Shown: positions 26,194-36,371 of the stretch, one piece after another
How the letters are laid out: each line of letters begins with the position of its first letter
Numbering within the stretch: the stretch's first letter is position 1
Source of the DNA: Candidatus Limnocylindrales bacterium
GTDB lineage: Bacteria; Moduliflexota; Moduliflexia; Moduliflexales; JAUQPW01
NCBI GenBank assembly: GCA_035559535.1
Contig: DATMBG010000012.1
Coordinates: 248,001 to 289,682, forward strand
Reading direction: 5' to 3'
DNA: 41,682 nucleotides
The notes under the pieces: generated by a model
Seen by the model: only the letters and a program-made list of their open reading frames with translations
Database searches by the model: none
What the model was told of the DNA's origin: nothing
Program-made: the position numbers and the translations under genes

Positions 26194-27651
26194 TTAACCT
26201 TTTACATTTCCGATGGGGATGAATCGAGCCACGCGTCGACTGATTCCGGCTCGTTCGGTAGCTTCAACCACCTGATCCACATTTTTATAAGCTCCTCCGG
26301 CTTCTTCGGCCAATCCGGCAAACGAAACACTCCGAACATAGATTCCCCGTTGGGCCATCTCTTCTTGAAGTTTTTTACCCTGAAATTGCTTTTTAGCTTT
26401 CGTACGGCTCATGGTACGCCCGCTTCCATGCGCCGTGCTGAAAAAAGTCTGAATGCCACTTTCCACACCGGCTAACAAATAGGAGCCGGTTTCCATACTT
26501 CCTCCAATAATGACGGGTTGCCCAAACTTTTTATAAATATCTGGAATCCCTTCCATATCAGGACCAAAGGCTCGAGTGGCTCCCTTTCGGTGAACCAATA
26601 CGTTTCGCACCTCCCCATTAATTTCATATTTCTCTAATTTAGCCGTGTTGTGAGCTACATCATAGACCATATGCATACCTAAATCTTCAGGGCTTCGATG
26701 AAGAACGTCTGAAAATACTTCTCGAATTCGATGGAGAATCACCTGACGATTCGCAAAGGAAAGGTTGATGGCACATTTCATGGCGGCAAAGTAATCCTGC
26801 CCTTCCGGGGAATGGAAAGGTGCACAGGCCAGTTCACGATCCAGAATTTTGATCTTATATTTGCTTTCCATGACCTTCAAAAAGGCCTGAAGGTAATCGG
26901 TAGCTACCTGATGCCCGAAGCCCCGGGAACCACAATGAAACATGATGACCACCTGATTGGGGATGGTAATTCCAAAGGCTTTAGCCAGCTCCGGGTCAAA
27001 GATATATTCGGGCTTGGCCACCTGAATTTCCAGGTAGTGGTTTCCGGAACCCAAAGTTCCTACCTGATCTTTCCCCCGCTCGATGGCTTTCTTACTGATT
27101 TTTGAGGCATCAGCTCCCTGGATGCACCCATTTTCCTCGGTTCTGGTTAAATCTTCTGCCCATCCTAGGTTATTTTTTATACACCACCGGGCTCCGGTCT
27201 CTATCACATGGCAAAATTCATCCTGGGAAAGTTTGATAAACCCGGTACACCCCACCCCGGCCGGAACGCGTTTAAATAAGTTATCCACTAAAGCCTGGAG
27301 ATGGGGCTTGACTTCCTCGTAGGTTAGATTGGTAAGGACCAGCCGCATTCCACAATTTACATCAAAACCTATTCCTCCCGGTGAAATCACGCCGGTCTCT
27401 GCATCCATCGCCGCCACCCCCCCAATGGGAAAACCATAACCCCAGTGGGCATCGGGCATACAGTAAGCATAGTTAAGGATACCCGGTAGCGTAGCAACGT
27501 TGGTAATCTGGTCAAAAACCCCTTCATCCATAGAAGTTAAGAGTTCTTCGGTGGCATAAATCCGGGCAGGAACCCGCATTCCTTCTTTATAGGAAGGTGG
27601 TATTTCCCAGATGGTGTCCGAAATTTTTTTGATAAATTCGGGAATCGCCAT
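26194..27651 (-). CDS. rtcB: RNA-splicing/repair ligase RtcB (archease-partnered type)
   Basis: Motifs PDAHWGYGFPIGG, DVNCGMR, GSGNHYLE, HCGSRGFGH, HN, HRKGATR and HGSGR; AAGGAG SD. Confidence 0.96.
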   Translation of the reverse strand: MAIPEFIKKISDTIWEIPPSYKEGMRVPARIYATEELLTSMDEGVFDQITNVATLPGILNYAYCMPDAHWGYGFPIGGVAAMDAETGVISPGGIGFDVNCGMRLVLTNLTYEEVKPHLQALVDNLFKRVPAGVGCTGFIKLSQDEFCHVIETGARWCIKNNLGWAEDLTRTEENGCIQGADASKISKKAIERGKDQVGTLGSGNHYLEIQVAKPEYIFDPELAKAFGITIPNQVVIMFHCGSRGFGHQVATDYLQAFLKVMESKYKIKILDRELACAPFHSPEGQDYFAAMKCAINLSFANRQVILHRIREVFSDVLHRSPEDLGMHMVYDVAHNTAKLEKYEINGEVRNVLVHRKGATRAFGPDMEGIPDIYKKFGQPVIIGGSMETGSYLLAGVESGIQTFFSTAHGSGRTMSRTKAKKQFQGKKLQEEMAQRGIYVRSVSFAGLAEEAGGAYKNVDQVVEATERAGISRRVARFIPIGNVKG

Positions 27652-27793
27652 ACTCTGACATCTCCTTTTTTCAAAATTTTAATCTTTTTGCTCTCCTATG
27701 CTGAGAGTCCTATATTATTATAATATAACATAATCCCTGATACATAAAAAGATCCTAGACCGTTATCTTAAAAGTTTGGAAAAGGAGTTTAAA

Positions 27794-28198
27794 ATGAATC
27801 GTAGACAATATGGTTTCCTGGTAATCCTGGTAATCCTCTCCAGCTTCGCAGGTGGAGCTATAGCCTCTCAGGAGCGCAGGCATGTGGCCAATCCTATCCA
27901 GCAGATTCAAAAAATTATTGCTTCGGAAGATTTCCTTCTTTTGGATGAGGCCGGTAAGGTTCATGGTAGATGGGGGACATTAGAAAACGACCAACCGGGC
28001 TTGTTCTTAAAAGACTTCAACGATAAAGTCAGGGTCATAATCATCTTATCAGAAGCCGGAAGTCCGAGTTTAGCTTTTATAGATGCAACCGGTAAAACCC
28101 GGATGAGGATTTCCCTCTCCGATGAAGGAGACCCTAGCCTGGCTTTGATGGATAAGGATGGGGAAGTCTTCTGGGCCACTCCAGAAATCCAAAAGTGA
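27794..28198 (+). CDS. Exported or membrane-anchored hypothetical protein with short beta-repeats
   Basis: AAGGAG SD before ATG 27794; hydrophobic N-terminus; repeats of the type P.L.(F/L).D..GK.R. Confidence 0.7.
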   Translation: MNRRQYGFLVILVILSSFAGGAIASQERRHVANPIQQIQKIIASEDFLLLDEAGKVHGRWGTLENDQPGLFLKDFNDKVRVIIILSEAGSPSLAFIDATGKTRMRISLSDEGDPSLALMDKDGEVFWATPEIQK

Positions 28199-28330
28199 TT
28201 ATTTAGCTTGACAGGTATCTCAGTATCAAGACTCCTTAGATCACCAGGGAGAAACAGGAAAATGAATCTATATCAACTTAATGGGTGGAACAGGTTATTA
28301 CTTTGTTAAGTTAAATTTGTGGAATTCTCT

Positions 28331-28443
28331 GCCCTCACTCCAGCCTCTCTCCCGCGCTCCTGAGAGGGAAGTCAACGGATTTCCGGGCCAATTTCCTAAC
28401 TGCCCTCCTCTCCCGCTTCGGGAGAGGGACCTGGGGTGAGGGC
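28331..28443. repeat. REP/MITE-like palindromic element (CCCTC.../...GAGGG type)
   Basis: Outer inverted repeat GCCCTCACTCCAG / CTGGGGTGAGGGC enclosing inner CTCTCCC / GGGAGAG hairpins. Confidence 0.7.
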
Positions 28444-28509
28444 CGCTTAAAAGTTAAGCAAAACTAGGTAAACAAAGTACTCCACCTATCAAGTTGATAC
28501 CAACATCCC

Positions 28510-31107
28510 ATGAACGAAGATCATCAGACCTCTCCATCCCCAGAGGGTTGGGTTTATACCGATGACATAGTAAAAAAATACTGTGTAGGAAAAGGCGTCG
28601 AGATAGGTCCGTCGGATAATCCGGTTAAAGGTGTTGATACGGTATTGGTGGATAACAAGACCGATTTTGCAGGTAAACACTATCGCGTCGATTATGTTAT
28701 GGAGGCCGATAACCTGTATCAATTTCAGGATAATCAATTTGATTTTTTGATCGCCTCCCATATGCTGGAACACTTTCCCAATCCCATTAAGGCCCTCAAG
28801 GAATGGTATCGGGTCGTTCGAGATGGCGGGGTCCTTTTCATTGTTGTCCCCCAAAAAGGCCGTACCTTTGATAAATACCGCGGTGTTACTCCACTATCTC
28901 ATTTCATCGAGGATTACGAGAAGAATGTGAGTAATCCCGATCCTACCCATATTGATGAGTGGTGTAATTATTCTGTTCCCGTTATTGAGGCTGAGCAGAG
29001 GGATAAAACCATTCTGGTCGATCCCTTAAATGGATCAGATCCTACTTCAAAGGCCAATTCTTTCTGGGAAAAAATCGAGGGCTTTCGAACTATTCTGAAA
29101 CAGCAGGTCAAAGAGGGGACCAAGATCGATATCCATTTTCATACCTGGGAATGGCCAGAGGACATGCTAGCATTGATGGATTATCTGGGATGGGAAGTTA
29201 TTGAAACAATAGGTCATTATGCTATTGGAAGACCTGTGGGTGAAGGAAATGGAATTTTAACGGTTGTACGGGTTCATAAATCCAAAGTACCGACTGTCAA
29301 AACTCGAATACTCTTCTTATCTGTTGAAGAAGGTTTAAATCGCGTACCTGAAGTCGGAACCCGATTTTATGAAATGGCCAGAAGGCTGAGCAAGTTATTT
29401 CCGGTAACCCATGTAACCATCGGGATCTGTTCCCAAGAAGAAAATACCTTCAAAGAATCGGGAAACCTTTATTTAGCCCGATGTAATCCAGGAGACGAAA
29501 ACACCCTCAAAAAGTATGTGGATGCCTGTGAGGTGGTCGTCCTTCAAAGGCAGATTCTAGATTTGTTTCCTTCCACGGGGTTTTTGGAAAAAATTTCTGT
29601 GGTGGATCTGTCCCTTCCTCCCTTCCTGGAAAACCTGGATAAAGCGAAAGACCCGATGGTTAAAATCCAGATCCATCCTGAAGCCATCTCGCAACTCAAC
29701 CACCTATTACGGATGGGAGACTATTTCCTGTATGCCCATGAAGCTCAACGGGACTTCTGGCTGGGAATGCTCTACTCCCAAAACCGGATTACCTCCAGAG
29801 TTTATGAAGAAGATCCATACCTCAAAAATCTTATCGATTTGGTACCCTCCGGGATTCCAGAGGAGAAGCCCGTTCATTCTCGACAGGTACTTAAAGGCGT
29901 CTATCCGGGTATCAAACTCACCGATAAACTTCTGATCTGGACGGCTGAAGCTTCCGGTACCGGGGGTTCGATAGAAGGATTAGATCCTATAACCCTCCTA
30001 AAAGCTTTTGTGTTAATCCGGAGAGAACGAAGCGATATTAAACTTCTTTTCATGGGTCAGGAAAGGCTGTTTGATGCCATCGATATGGCTAAAACCTTTG
30101 CTTTATACAATACGATGGTGTTTTTTAGCCCTCGAGTGTCCTCTGAAGAGAAGTCAAATTACCTTCTGGAAGCAGATGTCGGTGTCAGTATTCACTCGGC
30201 CAGTCTGGCGGCCCAATTTTCTTCCAGGAATCAAATACTGGACTATATTTGGGCAGGCCTCCCCATCCTGACCACAAGGGGAGACTCCTTCAGTTATCGG
30301 GTTGATTCGCAGCCCCTGGGACTCAGTGTGGCACCCGGTGATGCAGAAGGGTTGGCTACCGCTATTTTGAAACTGATGGACGATGAAGATTTCAGACAGC
30401 GCTGTACCCATAATATTCAGGCTATTTCGAAAGAGTTCACCTGGGACAATACCCTAAAGCCCTTGATCAAGTTTTGTAGAAATCCGAGAAAATCTAAGAA
30501 AGAAAGTATAGGAATGGAGGAGTATGGGAGTAGGGGAGTAAGGGGGTATGAGGGTATAAATACCTACACTTCCCCACTCTCCCACTCCCACACTTCCCCA
30601 CTTTCCCGCTTCCCTACTCCTAATATCCTCGGGTTCTTCGCCAACCTGAGAACCTTTCGACGGCGAAAACAGTTAAAATTGACAGAATATCCTTCCTGTG
30701 GAATATGGGGTAAAAATCAGGTTGGTCAATCTTTTATTGCTTCCTATCCCAATCTTTATCGAATTGATATTAAATTTGCAACCTATTTCAGACGAAATAC
30801 TCGAAACCTGACTTTTTGTCTCAGGAAGGATGGGAAAAAAGGGGAAGAAATTATCTCCCTTTCCCTTAAGGCTTCTGAGATTCGGGACAACAGATTTTAT
30901 TCCTTTGTTTTTCCACAGCAACCTGATTCCCAGGGAAAACTCTATTATTTCTACCTGGAATCCCAGGATTCTCCTAAGGAAGAGGCTATTTCCGTTTGGT
31001 GTACAGAGTCCTATTCCCCCATCCAGTTTGGCTGCCAACCCATTGCTGGCTATGAACGGGGATGGAAATCCAGGGGTCATGTCATCTTCAGAGCTTATTA
31101 TATTTGA
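28510..31107 (+). CDS. Class I SAM methyltransferase - GT4-like glycosyltransferase fusion with a C-terminal beta-rich 'GQSF' module
   Basis: GVEIG, DFLIASHMLEHFPNPIKALKEW (MTase); QRDFWLG, ADVGVS, LDYIWAGLPILTT, FTWD (GT-B fold); C-terminal VGQSF...IRDN module. Confidence 0.82.
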   Translation: MNEDHQTSPSPEGWVYTDDIVKKYCVGKGVEIGPSDNPVKGVDTVLVDNKTDFAGKHYRVDYVMEADNLYQFQDNQFDFLIASHMLEHFPNPIKALKEWYRVVRDGGVLFIVVPQKGRTFDKYRGVTPLSHFIEDYEKNVSNPDPTHIDEWCNYSVPVIEAEQRDKTILVDPLNGSDPTSKANSFWEKIEGFRTILKQQVKEGTKIDIHFHTWEWPEDMLALMDYLGWEVIETIGHYAIGRPVGEGNGILTVVRVHKSKVPTVKTRILFLSVEEGLNRVPEVGTRFYEMARRLSKLFPVTHVTIGICSQEENTFKESGNLYLARCNPGDENTLKKYVDACEVVVLQRQILDLFPSTGFLEKISVVDLSLPPFLENLDKAKDPMVKIQIHPEAISQLNHLLRMGDYFLYAHEAQRDFWLGMLYSQNRITSRVYEEDPYLKNLIDLVPSGIPEEKPVHSRQVLKGVYPGIKLTDKLLIWTAEASGTGGSIEGLDPITLLKAFVLIRRERSDIKLLFMGQERLFDAIDMAKTFALYNTMVFFSPRVSSEEKSNYLLEADVGVSIHSASLAAQFSSRNQILDYIWAGLPILTTRGDSFSYRVDSQPLGLSVAPGDAEGLATAILKLMDDEDFRQRCTHNIQAISKEFTWDNTLKPLIKFCRNPRKSKKESIGMEEYGSRGVRGYEGINTYTSPLSHSHTSPLSRFPTPNILGFFANLRTFRRRKQLKLTEYPSCGIWGKNQVGQSFIASYPNLYRIDIKFATYFRRNTRNLTFCLRKDGKKGEEIISLSLKASEIRDNRFYSFVFPQQPDSQGKLYYFYLESQDSPKEEAISVWCTESYSPIQFGCQPIAGYERGWKSRGHVIFRAYYI
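30504..30619. repeat. Octamer-unit palindromic repeat (7+7 units) inside a CDS
   Basis: aagtatag gaatggag gagtatgg gagtaggg gagtaagg gggtatga gggtataa / ctacactt ccccactc tcccactc ccacactt ccccactt tcccgctt ccctactc. Confidence 0.85.
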
Positions 31108-31162
31108 ATCCTATACAGCCCGTCCTATGCGTAATGACTAGTTAATCGATAGGGAATGACCT

Positions 31163-34100
31163 ATGACTGGTAATGGATTAGGTGTTGTTCCTCCCTTGCG
31201 GAAACTGCTGCTGGTTGTACTGATTGGTCTGGCCTTTCTCTTTGTGGGCTTTTATGTATTTGCTTCAAAGCTCCTTTTAAACCACGGCCTGGTAGGAGTT
31301 TATTACGCAAATCCTCAATGGAAGGGAACCCCTCAATTTACTCAGATTGATCCTGAAATTTCAGATGAGATTCTCCGAAAACACCGTCCTGCTTTCTCCA
31401 GTAATCGATTCAGTGTAGAATGGCGAGGTTTTATTGCTCTTTCCCATTCCGGGCTTTATACTTTTGCCACCCGCTCTGATGACGGATCCTGGTTGTATAT
31501 AGATGATCAGCTTGTAGTGGACAACGGCGGAACCCACGGGTTGGAAGAAGTACGGGGGCAGATCCAACTGGAGAGAGGGATCCATGAAATTCGGGTAAGG
31601 TATTTTCAGGCTGGGGGTTATTACCGTATGGAAATAGCCTGGATCCAACCTTCAGGGACAAATTTCAAAGTCACTCCGGCCCTGCAAAAAATTCCTTCCC
31701 ATGTACTTTTTCCTTCTCCCCTCAGTTTCCGACATTATCAGGTTCAGAGAGCAGTAGAGATAATCCTTTTTTTGCTTCCCAGGGTGTGGGGTTTACTGGG
31801 GTTATTTTTTGTAATCCGTTGGATTTTGTCCCTTGTCCGACGTCCGATCCTCATCATCCAAAAGATTTACAACCCCGCAGGGAGCTCATCGAACCTGCTG
31901 CCCCCAGGTAGAGGGCAACCAACAAGAAGTTGGATGGCTATAATCGCCCTGGTGCTGGTGGTATGTGTTTTTTTCTATGACGTGATCTTTTTGAGAAGGA
32001 CTCTGTTGACCACCAATTTGGTTCCCAGCACAACCCCTTCGGGAGCTTATGGTTACTCGGGCCGTCGTATTACCACTTCCCCTGTGATGGATCCCTTTGC
32101 TTCGGCATGGATCCATGAGCCGGCTACCCATTTAACTTCCTTGCTCTATCATCGAGGTATCCTCCCCCTATGGGACCCTCATACCGGACTTGGTACACCC
32201 CTCAATGCAGACATGATTTCCACGGTGTTTTTTCCTTTAAGTTTTTTGCTCTACCTGACCCCGCATCCGGCCATGTGGGATTTTTACCTTATACTTCGGA
32301 TCTTCTTAGCCGGAGTTCTTATGTACCTGTTCCTCAGAAAAGTTTCTCAACTCGACCCACTCAGTGCCTTAGTGGGAGGAATGGCCTACATGTTTTGTGG
32401 ACACATGGTTCTCCATATCAACATCGTCTTTATCCATGCTGCCATGCTACTGCCGGGCTTGATGTACACAACCGAGAAACTCTATCAAGAGCCTGGAGTC
32501 AAACGGGTTGTACTCCAGGGAGGTATGGTGGGATTGATGATTTTAGGAGGTCATCCGGAGCCCAGTTTTTTTGCTATGTTCTTTGCCACCGGCTACTTTC
32601 TCATGCGCTGCTTATTTGCGGAAAAGGAGAAGTATGGAAGACCCTTCACCTCCCGGTTCCTTGACTCTTCCACTCCCTTACTTCTTTTTTTGCAGCGATT
32701 GTTCTGTCTGGCAGGGTCCTATGCCATAGGGTTGCTACTCTGTGCGATCATGGTTCTTCCTTTTTTGGAGTTTGTTCAACTGTCTTATCTCGGTCGGCAT
32801 GATCCCAATCTTCTGGTAGGTTTATGGTCTTTACCTCCCCGGGATCTCATTTTATTGGTACTTCCCTATTTCTTTGGACCTCTTCATCAATCCTGGGATG
32901 GAGTCGTTTGGGACTTCCAACCCGGTTATCTGGGGTTTGGAGTTGTTCTTTTGGTCGCTCTGGCTACCCTGGAGGGAATCAGCTTCCGAAAAAAACATTT
33001 GTTCTTTACCCTTATGATTACTTTTTTTCTCATCCAGGGTTACAATCTCATCCAGAGCTTCCATGACTTTGTGGGTCATCTTCCCTTCTTTAAGGTAAGT
33101 CATTTCACCCGATATTTCCCTCCGGAGCTGACGTTTTCCGCCGTTGTCTTAATGAGTACTCAGTTAAACCGTATCAGACAGGGAAAATATCGGGGCTGGT
33201 TGTTGGGAGGATTGGTTTTACTCGGCTGGCTTCTGATTGGTCTGTTATGGAAAGTGACCTATCCCAGGATGGTGGAAAAACCCAATGGGGCCATTTTATT
33301 GAAGGATGCCTTTTGGCAAACCTTACCCGCCTTAGTTTTAGGAGGACTCATTCTACTCGGGTTGTGGTTAAAGTCTCTCAGAGTTCTGACCCAGACAGGT
33401 TTTGCGACCTGGATAGGGCTGGGGCTGATAGGAGAGTTATTTATCTTGATGCCCCACGATCATATGGATCGATATCCTCCTTTCGTAGAACCCCCCTTTG
33501 TTAAGTTCTTAAAGTCGGATCCGGAGACATTCCGGGTATATGCTCTGGATGGGTATTTGTATCCTAATACCCCCAGTGCCTATGAGTTAAACAGTATTGG
33601 GTTTGTGAACGGATTGATCAATCGGCGGTTCTGGATGTTTGCAGCCAACTTAATCGACAAAGAGCTCTATACCAACTGGTTTTTTACAGGAGGCCTTCCG
33701 GTAGGGGAGATTCGGAATGTGGACAATCGGTTTTTCAATCTCTTGAACCTGAAATATGTAGTGACCGATAAGCAAGGAGCTCCCCCTTATTTTCATTTAG
33801 AGAGTAGTGTCTATCCCATGGGAGGTGGAGCGGTTCCAGCGGAATCTCTGGTCCCCGGAGTCTCGGTAGGTCAGACGTTCATCTCCCATGGAGATCTTTG
33901 TGCCATCGGTCTTTTTTTTGGAACCTATCAGCGGTTTAATACCGGAAGAGTTTTATTTAAACTGAAAGAATCTCCCACCAGCGAGACCATTTTATATACT
34001 ACCTGGATCCCCATGACCGACATCCAGGATAATACTTATTATACCGTTTCATTTCCACCTATTCCGGGATCCAAAGGTAAGACCTTCTATTTTGAATTAA

Positions 34101-34858
34101 CGGCCCCTGAAGCCACCGTATCCAATACGGTAACTCTCTGGACAAATCAATTAGACCTTTACCCGGAGGGACAACTTTACCTGAACGGACAACCTGCCCC
34201 AGGAGATGCCGGCTTTAAAGTCTATAGCTTCGCCTCCCAGGCTTCCTTTGAAGAAGTTTATGATGGAGAAGTAAAAGTATATCGGAATCATCGGGTATTA
34301 CCCAGAGCATTTATCGTTCATCAGGCCGAAGTCATCTGGGATCCGGAACCTTCGGTACGAGAAGCGAAGGTGTTGGAGCGATTGAAAGATGATCACTTCG
34401 ACCTGGGTCGTCAGATCATTCTTGAGAAGGAACCTTCGGTGCGGCATGACGATCTCTTCAGGTTGGAAGACTATAACACCACCTCAACCCTCCCGGGTTC
34501 TACTACCCTGGAAGATAATTCCCAGGCCCGAATCGTCCGCTATGAACCGACCAGAATCTCCATTAAAACTAAGGCAGAACGCCCAGGCTTCCTGGTTCTG
34601 AGTGATTCTTTCTATCCCGGCTGGCGGGCTTATATAGATGGAAAAGAATCGGAGATCCTTTTGACGGATTATTTTATACGGTCTGTTTTCCTACCTTCTG
34701 GAGAGCACGAGGTCCTGTTTAAATATGAACCTGCTTCCTATAAAGTCGGGGCCTGGTTAACCCTTATGGGATTGGGCTCTTTCATGGCTACTCTTTCCGG
34801 TACGTGGATTCTTAAGGTAAGGGGCTCGAATGGATGTAAGGAAGAAGATGAGGGTTAG
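31163..34858 (+). CDS. PA14 domain plus YfhO-like GT-C membrane glycosyltransferase
   Basis: PA14 FSVEWRG...SDDGSWLYIDD..VVDNGGTHG; PLWDPHTGLGTP, GGHPE and many TMs; C-terminal LVLSDSFYPGWRAYIDG...GEHEV typical of YfhO. Confidence 0.85.
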   Translation: MTGNGLGVVPPLRKLLLVVLIGLAFLFVGFYVFASKLLLNHGLVGVYYANPQWKGTPQFTQIDPEISDEILRKHRPAFSSNRFSVEWRGFIALSHSGLYTFATRSDDGSWLYIDDQLVVDNGGTHGLEEVRGQIQLERGIHEIRVRYFQAGGYYRMEIAWIQPSGTNFKVTPALQKIPSHVLFPSPLSFRHYQVQRAVEIILFLLPRVWGLLGLFFVIRWILSLVRRPILIIQKIYNPAGSSSNLLPPGRGQPTRSWMAIIALVLVVCVFFYDVIFLRRTLLTTNLVPSTTPSGAYGYSGRRITTSPVMDPFASAWIHEPATHLTSLLYHRGILPLWDPHTGLGTPLNADMISTVFFPLSFLLYLTPHPAMWDFYLILRIFLAGVLMYLFLRKVSQLDPLSALVGGMAYMFCGHMVLHINIVFIHAAMLLPGLMYTTEKLYQEPGVKRVVLQGGMVGLMILGGHPEPSFFAMFFATGYFLMRCLFAEKEKYGRPFTSRFLDSSTPLLLFLQRLFCLAGSYAIGLLLCAIMVLPFLEFVQLSYLGRHDPNLLVGLWSLPPRDLILLVLPYFFGPLHQSWDGVVWDFQPGYLGFGVVLLVALATLEGISFRKKHLFFTLMITFFLIQGYNLIQSFHDFVGHLPFFKVSHFTRYFPPELTFSAVVLMSTQLNRIRQGKYRGWLLGGLVLLGWLLIGLLWKVTYPRMVEKPNGAILLKDAFWQTLPALVLGGLILLGLWLKSLRVLTQTGFATWIGLGLIGELFILMPHDHMDRYPPFVEPPFVKFLKSDPETFRVYALDGYLYPNTPSAYELNSIGFVNGLINRRFWMFAANLIDKELYTNWFFTGGLPVGEIRNVDNRFFNLLNLKYVVTDKQGAPPYFHLESSVYPMGGGAVPAESLVPGVSVGQTFISHGDLCAIGLFFGTYQRFNTGRVLFKLKESPTSETILYTTWIPMTDIQDNTYYTVSFPPIPGSKGKTFYFELTAPEATVSNTVTLWTNQLDLYPEGQLYLNGQPAPGDAGFKVYSFASQASFEEVYDGEVKVYRNHRVLPRAFIVHQAEVIWDPEPSVREAKVLERLKDDHFDLGRQIILEKEPSVRHDDLFRLEDYNTTSTLPGSTTLEDNSQARIVRYEPTRISIKTKAERPGFLVLSDSFYPGWRAYIDGKESEILLTDYFIRSVFLPSGEHEVLFKYEPASYKVGAWLTLMGLGSFMATLSGTWILKVRGSNGCKEEDEG

Positions 34859-36371
34859 AGGATTCAAAGAAATAGCGTTTTTCCAATATGCTGTAAAAGT
34901 CTTACCGGTTCTTGTATTACCCATCCTGGTGCTTTTCAGATACGGCTATATCGTCCAGAGCTGCTTCCAATATGACGATTTTGTCTATCTTTTTGATTTA
35001 CATTGGATGAAGCTAACCGACTATCTGTCGGCCTCATTGGGCGGTCATTTTTATCCACTTTTTAAGTTAGAAGTTTTAATCCTTTATAAGTTGTTTGGGT
35101 ACGACAGTCATTCTTTTTTTGTCATTCTCCTCACGGTTCATATCCTTAATTCTCTTCTTTTCTATTCCATTCTCCAAAAAATGGATGTTCATCCTTTTCT
35201 TGCTTTTCTTTTTTCAGGACTATGGGGTACCAGTGCGGTATTTTACAGAGGAATGGAATGGCATGCGGCCCTGGGAGCCCTTTCGTTCTCAACACTTTTT
35301 TTCCTCCTGGCCATACTCCTTGCCAGAAGGGCTTTTAGATCTGATTCTATCTCGATAAAATATTATTTTTCGGCGCTTATACTGGCCCTTGGACCGATTT
35401 TCTTTATTTCGGGTTATGTGTATACCATCCTGGTATTTCCCCTGGCCTGGAGTATGGGTTATACCCAGGGTTTAAAATTCAGATCGAAAAAGGTCCTGGG
35501 AATGTTATTTCCCTTACTTCCTTTGGCTATCCTGACCATTATCCATCTTTCCCTGGCTCGAACTTCCACTCTCCTGGACAGACAGATCATCCTGAATTAT
35601 TTTCCAAGGGTACTTCTTTATTTTACTTCAAACGGATGGGCAGGGTTCCTCGGATTTCCCGAGCATAGTACCCTGGCCGGTGTCCTCGCGATAGGTACAT
35701 TCTTTGTAGGGGTCGGGCTAAGTCGTCCCGGCAAAACAGCTTTATTTCGATTCGTCTTACTATTTGCGGTGATCCTTTGTTTTTACACAGTTGTCCATAT
35801 AGGACGAACGACCCCTTATCTGATTTTATATAATTTTAACTCAGAAACTGCCTTAAAGGCCCTGACCGAATATAGTCGCTATCAATATTTTCCATCTTTA
35901 CTCATCGCCATGTCTCTGGCTCTCCTCTTCGAGCAGTTCCGTAAGATTTTACAGAAAGCGCGATCTTCCTCTGTTTCTACTCTCTGGTTAGGGAGTATCT
36001 TCCTGCTTTCGGCCGTTGTTTTTTGGGGTAATACCCTTAATCTAAGGGCCAGTCGTATTGTTATGGAATGCGCCATCGCCGATAGTTTCGATCAAAACTT
36101 CATCTCCCGCATCCGCTCAAACGGAACAACTCAACCCATCTATTTTTATAACAGTGAGGAGCCTATCAACGGTTTTGTGGGAAAGAATATTTATCCGGGG
36201 CTTGCAGCAAAATTTTGGGTTATGCAATCCCCTTATACCTCCCGGTATAATATCCGCTTTATTGAGCCGGATCCCCATGTGGTCACTTACTGGCAAAAAG
36301 TATTCCCTGAATTTGGAAAATTATTGATTACAAAAGCCCCAAAGGATATAGAAATTCATAAATATTTCTAA
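34848..36371 (+). CDS. Polytopic membrane protein, probable GT-C-type glycosyltransferase
   Basis: YDDF acidic motif after TM1, H(F)YPL, about 11 TMs, RYQY motif; overlaps the previous gene. Start is 34830 or 34848. Confidence 0.62.
   Translation: MRVRGFKEIAFFQYAVKVLPVLVLPILVLFRYGYIVQSCFQYDDFVYLFDLHWMKLTDYLSASLGGHFYPLFKLEVLILYKLFGYDSHSFFVILLTVHILNSLLFYSILQKMDVHPFLAFLFSGLWGTSAVFYRGMEWHAALGALSFSTLFFLLAILLARRAFRSDSISIKYYFSALILALGPIFFISGYVYTILVFPLAWSMGYTQGLKFRSKKVLGMLFPLLPLAILTIIHLSLARTSTLLDRQIILNYFPRVLLYFTSNGWAGFLGFPEHSTLAGVLAIGTFFVGVGLSRPGKTALFRFVLLFAVILCFYTVVHIGRTTPYLILYNFNSETALKALTEYSRYQYFPSLLIAMSLALLFEQFRKILQKARSSSVSTLWLGSIFLLSAVVFWGNTLNLRASRIVMECAIADSFDQNFISRIRSNGTTQPIYFYNSEEPINGFVGKNIYPGLAAKFWVMQSPYTSRYNIRFIEPDPHVVTYWQKVFPEFGKLLITKAPKDIEIHKYF

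Noticed and set aside
8504-31107. Other TGA stops (cupin, ATP-grasp, 28198 gene, MTase-GT4) as Sec codons
   Set aside because: No Cys/redox context, no SECIS-like hairpin, and the proteins already appear complete at the stop.
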